Position numbers and translations under genes: made by a program. Shown piece by piece: positions 58,931-64,000 of a stretch of DNA of 64,000 bases; positions within the stretch are counted from its first letter, which is position 1; the number at the start of each line of letters is the position of its first letter. The stretch covers positions 210,483 through 274,482 of the forward strand of contig JAHKLY010000001.1 of the NCBI GenBank assembly GCA_020854825.1. The letters are read 5' to 3'. Below the pieces are notes generated by a model. The model ran no database searches, was not told where the DNA came from, and saw nothing but the letters and a program-made list of their open reading frames with translations. The stretch is from Candidatus Micrarchaeota archaeon (lineage in GTDB: Archaea > Micrarchaeota > Micrarchaeia > Anstonellales > JAHKLY01).

Positions 58931-59594
58931 AGAAAAAAATATCAAAAATTTATTAAACTCTTTAAAAAAACAAACATACAAAGGAAAATATGAAATAATA
59001 GTTGCAGATGGGAATAGTGAAGACAAGACACGAGAAATAGCAAAAAAATACACAAACAAAGTATTAATAGAAAAAATACGAAATGCAGCAGCAGAAAGAC
59101 AAGCAGGTGCAAAATCAGCAGAAGGCAAAATATTATTATTTGTAGATGCAGATTCAATTGCAGATGAAAATTGGATACAAGAAATAGTTAATTGTTTTGA
59201 ACATAAAGATGTAGTTTCAGCAGGAGGTAAAATCGGTCCATTGGAAGAGGATACCTTAATTCAAGTAGGAAGTAAGTTTTGGTCATTAGCAGTTTATGCT
59301 TCTTTATTAGTCAGACTTCCTTTAGTTGTAGGAAGTAATCTTGCAATTAAAAAAGAAGTTTTTGATAAGATAGGTGGATTCGAAACAAATAAAATTTCTG
59401 GAGAAGATACAACTCTTATACGAAGCGCATCAAAATATGGTAAATATAAATATAATCCAAAAGCAAAAGTGTATGTTTCAATAAGAAGAATTAAGAGAAT
59501 GGGCAGAATAAATTACTTATTTTTTCATATTAAAAATCATTTTAACACATATTTATTTAACAAACCAAGTATTAATTATGAACCAATAAGGTAG
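58896..59594 (+). CDS. Glycosyltransferase family 2
   Basis: VSVIIPTLNEE, VADGNSEDKT, FVDAD, GGF...GED. Confidence 0.92.
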   Translation: MEVSVIIPTLNEEKNIKNLLNSLKKQTYKGKYEIIVADGNSEDKTREIAKKYTNKVLIEKIRNAAAERQAGAKSAEGKILLFVDADSIADENWIQEIVNCFEHKDVVSAGGKIGPLEEDTLIQVGSKFWSLAVYASLLVRLPLVVGSNLAIKKEVFDKIGGFETNKISGEDTTLIRSASKYGKYKYNPKAKVYVSIRRIKRMGRINYLFFHIKNHFNTYLFNKPSINYEPIR

Positions 59595-59639
59595 TTATTT
59601 AAATACAATTATCTAATAGTATTTAGTAGAGAGGAGTGT

Positions 59640-60845
59640 ATGTCATACGCGACAGATGTAAAATATGAACTTAAAAAGAAATTAAATTTTTTACGTGAGC
59701 TTAAAGGTAGTGGAACTGAGTTAATCTCTGTTTATATCCCTCCCGGAATTCAGATTTCAGATATTTCAAATAAATTAAAACAAGAAGCGAGTCAAGCAAC
59801 GAATATCAAATCAAGAACTACAAAAAATAATGTTGGAGAAGCTTTAACCAAATTAATTCACCATTTAAAAATTTATAATAAACCTCCAGAAAATGGATTA
59901 GCATTATTTTGTGGAAATGTATCAGAAGACCCTTCTAAGACAACAGTAGAATTATATTCTGTTATTCCGCCAGAACCTATTGATATACAAGCATATAGAT
60001 GCGATTCTAAATTCTTTTTAGAACCATTAGAAAGACTTATTGAAATAAAGGATGTATATGGAGTAGTAGTTTTAGATGGTAAAGATGCAACTTTAGCATA
60101 TGTTAAAGGGACAGTTATAACTATTTTGAAAAGAGTACATTCATTAGCCCCTTCAAAAACACATAAAGGAGGACAAAGCAGTGCAAGATATGATAGATTA
60201 GCAGAAGAAGGTAGGGAACAGTATTTTAAAAGAGTAAGCGAAGAAATGGATCATTTTTTTGTTAAAGAGGGGATAAAAGGAGTTATTGTTGGAGGTCCTG
60301 GTCCAGCAAAAGAAGATTTATTAAAATTAAATGCATTTAATTATCAAATAAAAATATTAGGAAAAGTTAATACTGGATATAATGATGAATATGGAGTTAG
60401 AGAAGTATTAGCTCAAAGTGAAGATTTATTGAAAGAGCATGAAATAATATTAGAAAAGAAATTAGTAGATAGGTTTATCAAAGGAATAGTTACAAATGGA
60501 TTAGTTGCATATGGTGAAAAAGAAGTTAGAGAATCGATCGAGATTAAAAAAGCAGATATGTTATTAATTTCAGAAGGTATAAAATATAAAAGATTAACTT
60601 TAGTTTGTGAAAATTGTAAAGAAGAAAAGTTTATAACTGTAAAACCAGATCAGCTAATACCAGATATTTCATGTAAATGCGGGGGAAGAGTAGTAAAAGA
60701 AAGAGAAGAAGATTTAATTGATAATTTAATTGATTTAGCGCATTCTAATAATATTGAAGTATTTGTTGTATCAACAGATACGGCAGAAGGAGCGCAATTT
60801 TTAAATTCATTTTATGGAATCGGTGCATTTTTAAGATATAAATAA
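59640..60845 (+). CDS. prf1: Peptide chain release factor aRF1
   Basis: GTELISVY, NIKS, YRCDSKF, GGQS. Confidence 0.97.
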   Translation: MSYATDVKYELKKKLNFLRELKGSGTELISVYIPPGIQISDISNKLKQEASQATNIKSRTTKNNVGEALTKLIHHLKIYNKPPENGLALFCGNVSEDPSKTTVELYSVIPPEPIDIQAYRCDSKFFLEPLERLIEIKDVYGVVVLDGKDATLAYVKGTVITILKRVHSLAPSKTHKGGQSSARYDRLAEEGREQYFKRVSEEMDHFFVKEGIKGVIVGGPGPAKEDLLKLNAFNYQIKILGKVNTGYNDEYGVREVLAQSEDLLKEHEIILEKKLVDRFIKGIVTNGLVAYGEKEVRESIEIKKADMLLISEGIKYKRLTLVCENCKEEKFITVKPDQLIPDISCKCGGRVVKEREEDLIDNLIDLAHSNNIEVFVVSTDTAEGAQFLNSFYGIGAFLRYK

Positions 60846-61316
60846 TTATTGAATTTGTAGCATACAACTTCCTTCATATGTTTCAGAAATATATATTTTC
60901 ATTTTATTTGCTTCAAAAATCGTTTTATCTTCTTTTCCAGACTGTATATGAATTTGTATTTTATTTTTTATCTCATTTTCACATTCTTGTATTGTTGCAT
61001 TAGCATTATGTGTGTCATTAGGATATGAGATATAACATATAGTATCTTCTATTCCATAAATTGTTGTTTGTTTTCCAACTAATCCATTTCCTTGTGCTAT
61101 TCCAATACCACAGGTCATTATTTTGTGATTTAATTCTAAAGAATTAGATTCTCTAGTGTCCATAATTAATGCAACCTCCTTAGATTCTTTTAGATTACTC
61201 AAAAAACCATCTATGTTATTAGAAGAATTTGAGGAGTAGATATAAATAGCAATAATTAATGCCAATATTGCAAGAACTATAATAATAGCCCACCTAGTTC
61301 TTCTTTCCAATTTCAT
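60846..61316 (-). CDS. Membrane-anchored protein paralogous to the C-terminal domain of the upstream gene
   Basis: N-terminal TM; IMTC...IC...TIQECENEI versus MDKC...QC...SIEECEMEF. Confidence 0.65.
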   Translation of the reverse strand: MKLERRTRWAIIIVLAILALIIAIYIYSSNSSNNIDGFLSNLKESKEVALIMDTRESNSLELNHKIMTCGIGIAQGNGLVGKQTTIYGIEDTICYISYPNDTHNANATIQECENEIKNKIQIHIQSGKEDKTIFEANKMKIYISETYEGSCMLQIQ

Positions 61317-61317
61317 A

Positions 61318-63423
61318 TTACTCCTCTAAATAAATTGCATAACCAATTTCACATTTATCAAATATATCTATTTGTCCAAATGTTGTTGCATCATTTCCAT
61401 ATGTATTTTGGAATGAATATCCACTTGTATCTGTATTGTATTCAAATACATATGTGGGTATTAATCCAAATTCCATTTCACATTCTTCTATTGATTTAAT
61501 ACCAGTTGGGGATGCACATTGAGTTCCACTAAATCTGTATTCCTTTATATTTTTATTTTCTAATTGTGCTTTAACTAAATCTGCACATTTATCCATACTA
61601 GTTATTACTCCTGTGTACGCTCCCCTTTCATCTATCACAATATTTATTTGTTCAGTATCTTTTAATGAATATTCAAAAGACTCATAATCACCTATTCCTG
61701 TTGTTCCAGTCATTATATTATACACTGCAATAGAACCAATTATTAATATTCCTATAAATAGGATAAATAAAATAACCCAACTTGTCATAACAATTTTTTT
61801 TCTAAAAATATGTGCATTTGCTTTTGCAATAGATAAAAATACCATAATAGATAATCCAATCAATATAAAATTAACAATTACTATTAATAATGCAGGTATT
61901 ACTGGGGTTAATGAATTATCTTCTACCATTGAAGCCCCTATTAATGAATACACAGTTTTTGTTGTTTCTCTACCTGTTGTTTTTATTACTCCTGTTAAAC
62001 TTCCCCTCCCATTTGGTGATTTTGAAATAACAGAATCTAATCTATCTGCTAATTCATTAAATCTAATTTCTTGTGATTCATATTGTGTATCACTTAAAGG
62101 AAGTATATATCCTGCTAGATATTGGTTATATAAAACACCTATTTCATTTAATTCAGATACTAATTCTTCATTAGAGTCATCTACATACCATCTTGCTCTT
62201 ATTAATCTATTTGTTGTTTTTAATCTTGCTTCTTCTGCATTATCATAAGCTAAGGTTAAACTTTGATTCTGTAATTCTTCAATTGATTCTAATTGTGTTT
62301 TTAATTGATGTATTTGTTGTTCAAATTCTCCTTTGAATCTATATGTATCTAATTGATTTTCTAAATCATCTTTTAATAATTTAGCAGAATTATATTTTCC
62401 TGCTAATTCTCCATTTACTACTGTTTTTAATGTTTCTTCTGCCCAGTTAAATATTTCTCCTTGTTCTGTTATAAGTTCTTTATATTTTTGATTATATTTT
62501 GGATATAAAGTTTTTCCTTCAGAATACCATATTCTATCTTCTGTATTTTCTGATATTAATTTTACTTTTTCATCCTCGTCTTTTAAAGGTACTACTTTTA
62601 ATTTTAATTCTTTAACTTTCTCTCTTGCTTCTTCTATTACTTCAAAATTTAAAGGAATTTCAGGACAAAAACCAACGCAATCTTTACATTCTAATATATT
62701 ACCAGTTGGAAGTCTTAGAGAGTTTTTTACTAATGTTTCACCAGCATCTTCTATTTCATCTAATAGACTTTCATATTTATTTAATCTTTCAGCAATATTT
62801 GATGAACTTATTCCATCAAATAAAGTCATAATTTCTTTATAACTTTCATCCATCTCATTTTTACCTTTAGAATATTGATGAAACCCTTTTCCTAATACAC
62901 TAGCATCACAACCCATTTGGTGTGTTGGGTCTATCATATTACACATTAAATTTGCTAATTGTATACATTCTGTTTCTCCAATACACCCTTTATGTCCAGG
63001 GAATATTTCTTGATCCATATATGTTACTTTATCACAATATCCTTCTGCATCACTGAAACTTAATGGGGGTGCTTTGTATTGAACACCTTCATGTCTTCCT
63101 GCATTAAAATTTATAATATAATTTTTTAGTTCTTCTACTTCTTTTTCTGATGGATAATATAATTTTTTCCAACAATCGCATGCTAAATCTTTAACTTCAT
63201 TTTTATCTGTTATTAGGTTTCCTTCTTTTAAAATAAAAATAGGATCCTCTTTTATATATACTAATCTGTATTCTATATTATCTATTTCTACAGAAACATA
63301 AGTAACATCATCAATTTTTTCATCTTCAAATAAATATTTATTCATATTGAATGCTTCTGCGCTTACTAAACCGGTTAACAGCAAAGCGCCAATTAGTCCA
63401 AATAGTAAAATGGTGGGTTTCAT
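61318..63423 (-). CDS. Membrane protein with signal peptide, Cys-rich/coiled-coil ectodomain and two TM helices
   Basis: Signal peptide VSA|EA; heptad-rich middle; TM hairpin at about aa 510-570. Confidence 0.75.
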   Translation of the reverse strand: MKPTILLFGLIGALLLTGLVSAEAFNMNKYLFEDEKIDDVTYVSVEIDNIEYRLVYIKEDPIFILKEGNLITDKNEVKDLACDCWKKLYYPSEKEVEELKNYIINFNAGRHEGVQYKAPPLSFSDAEGYCDKVTYMDQEIFPGHKGCIGETECIQLANLMCNMIDPTHQMGCDASVLGKGFHQYSKGKNEMDESYKEIMTLFDGISSSNIAERLNKYESLLDEIEDAGETLVKNSLRLPTGNILECKDCVGFCPEIPLNFEVIEEAREKVKELKLKVVPLKDEDEKVKLISENTEDRIWYSEGKTLYPKYNQKYKELITEQGEIFNWAEETLKTVVNGELAGKYNSAKLLKDDLENQLDTYRFKGEFEQQIHQLKTQLESIEELQNQSLTLAYDNAEEARLKTTNRLIRARWYVDDSNEELVSELNEIGVLYNQYLAGYILPLSDTQYESQEIRFNELADRLDSVISKSPNGRGSLTGVIKTTGRETTKTVYSLIGASMVEDNSLTPVIPALLIVIVNFILIGLSIMVFLSIAKANAHIFRKKIVMTSWVILFILFIGILIIGSIAVYNIMTGTTGIGDYESFEYSLKDTEQINIVIDERGAYTGVITSMDKCADLVKAQLENKNIKEYRFSGTQCASPTGIKSIEECEMEFGLIPTYVFEYNTDTSGYSFQNTYGNDATTFGQIDIFDKCEIGYAIYLEE

Positions 63424-63531
63424 AAAGAGATTATACAGAGAAAACTTTATAAAACATATCCCATAGGTTCGTTTAAGATGTGTTTAAAAAAGAAAAAGTG
63501 TTTTACAAATAAAGAAGAAAAAGAAAAGGAA

Positions 63532-63966
63532 TTATGGACTAATTGCACTACAATCTAAAGCACTTCCTGCGCTTAATGAGCAAGTACTAGGACAGTTACT
63601 GAAATTAATAGCAGTTGTACTATACATTGCTCCAATTAAAGCAGGTCCTAACATTGCAATTACAAATGCCATTATAGCACCTACTAATGCCCATACTGCC
63701 CATCCTTGAGATTTTCCTCTCATTTCAGCATTTCCTACTTGTCCACCCGCGTAAATAACTGCAGCTGCAACTACTAATAAAAATCCAATTGGTATTAATA
63801 GTTTGTGAATATCACAAGCTAATGCTAAGAATACATTAGTTAAATTATCTATTCCATTTGCAAATGCAAAATTCATTACAAACAACATTCCTAAAATCAT
63901 TAAAGGAATTGTTTTTATATCTAACATAGTTGTTAAATACAACTTTGCTCTTCTTATTTTATCCAT
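63532..63966 (-). CDS. TrbC/VirB2-like pilin candidate
   Basis: Signal ending FAFA, two hydrophobic helices linked by YAGGQVGNAEMRGKSQGW; GAGGTG RBS. Confidence 0.65.
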   Translation of the reverse strand: MDKIRRAKLYLTTMLDIKTIPLMILGMLFVMNFAFANGIDNLTNVFLALACDIHKLLIPIGFLLVVAAAVIYAGGQVGNAEMRGKSQGWAVWALVGAIMAFVIAMLGPALIGAMYSTTAINFSNCPSTCSLSAGSALDCSAISP

Positions 63967-64000
63967 AAATACACCTCTGTTTTAAACATTTTTTTAATAA

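Noticed and set aside
1-64000. Provirus, autonomous transposon, rRNA or diversity-generating retroelement
   Set aside because: No integrase, transposase, capsid, reverse transcriptase or long GC-rich RNA gene recognised

Overview
AT-rich, gene-dense chromosomal segment of an archaeon, most likely DPANN and plausibly Micrarchaeota (inferred from gene content, not from a phylogeny). Archaeal housekeeping genes include aIF5B, aIF5A, S24e, S27ae, Kae1, Hjc, archaeal DnaG, Lhr, ABCE1, Pelota, aRF1 and form III RuBisCO. Main observations: (1) two paralogous secreted proteins (1301 and 469 aa) ending in about 13 amphipathic beta-strands resembling outer-membrane beta-barrels, flanking a CARDB protein; (2) three tRNA genes (Ala-GGC, Tyr-GTA, Val-GAC) carrying 2, 3 and 3 introns; (3) a hairpin plus mirror-repeat (potential triplex) module shared between those introns and intergenic elements, including a 238-bp MITE-like element; (4) two AAA_14/DUF4143 ATPase genes with their own palindromic repeats, one bracketed like a cassette by 47-bp direct repeats; (5) a diguanylate cyclase with intact motifs and a peptidoglycan-binding-domain protein, both bacterial-type; (6) a roughly 4000-aa surface protein; (7) three decayed small genes. 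All calls were made by eye from motifs; no database search or folding was run.
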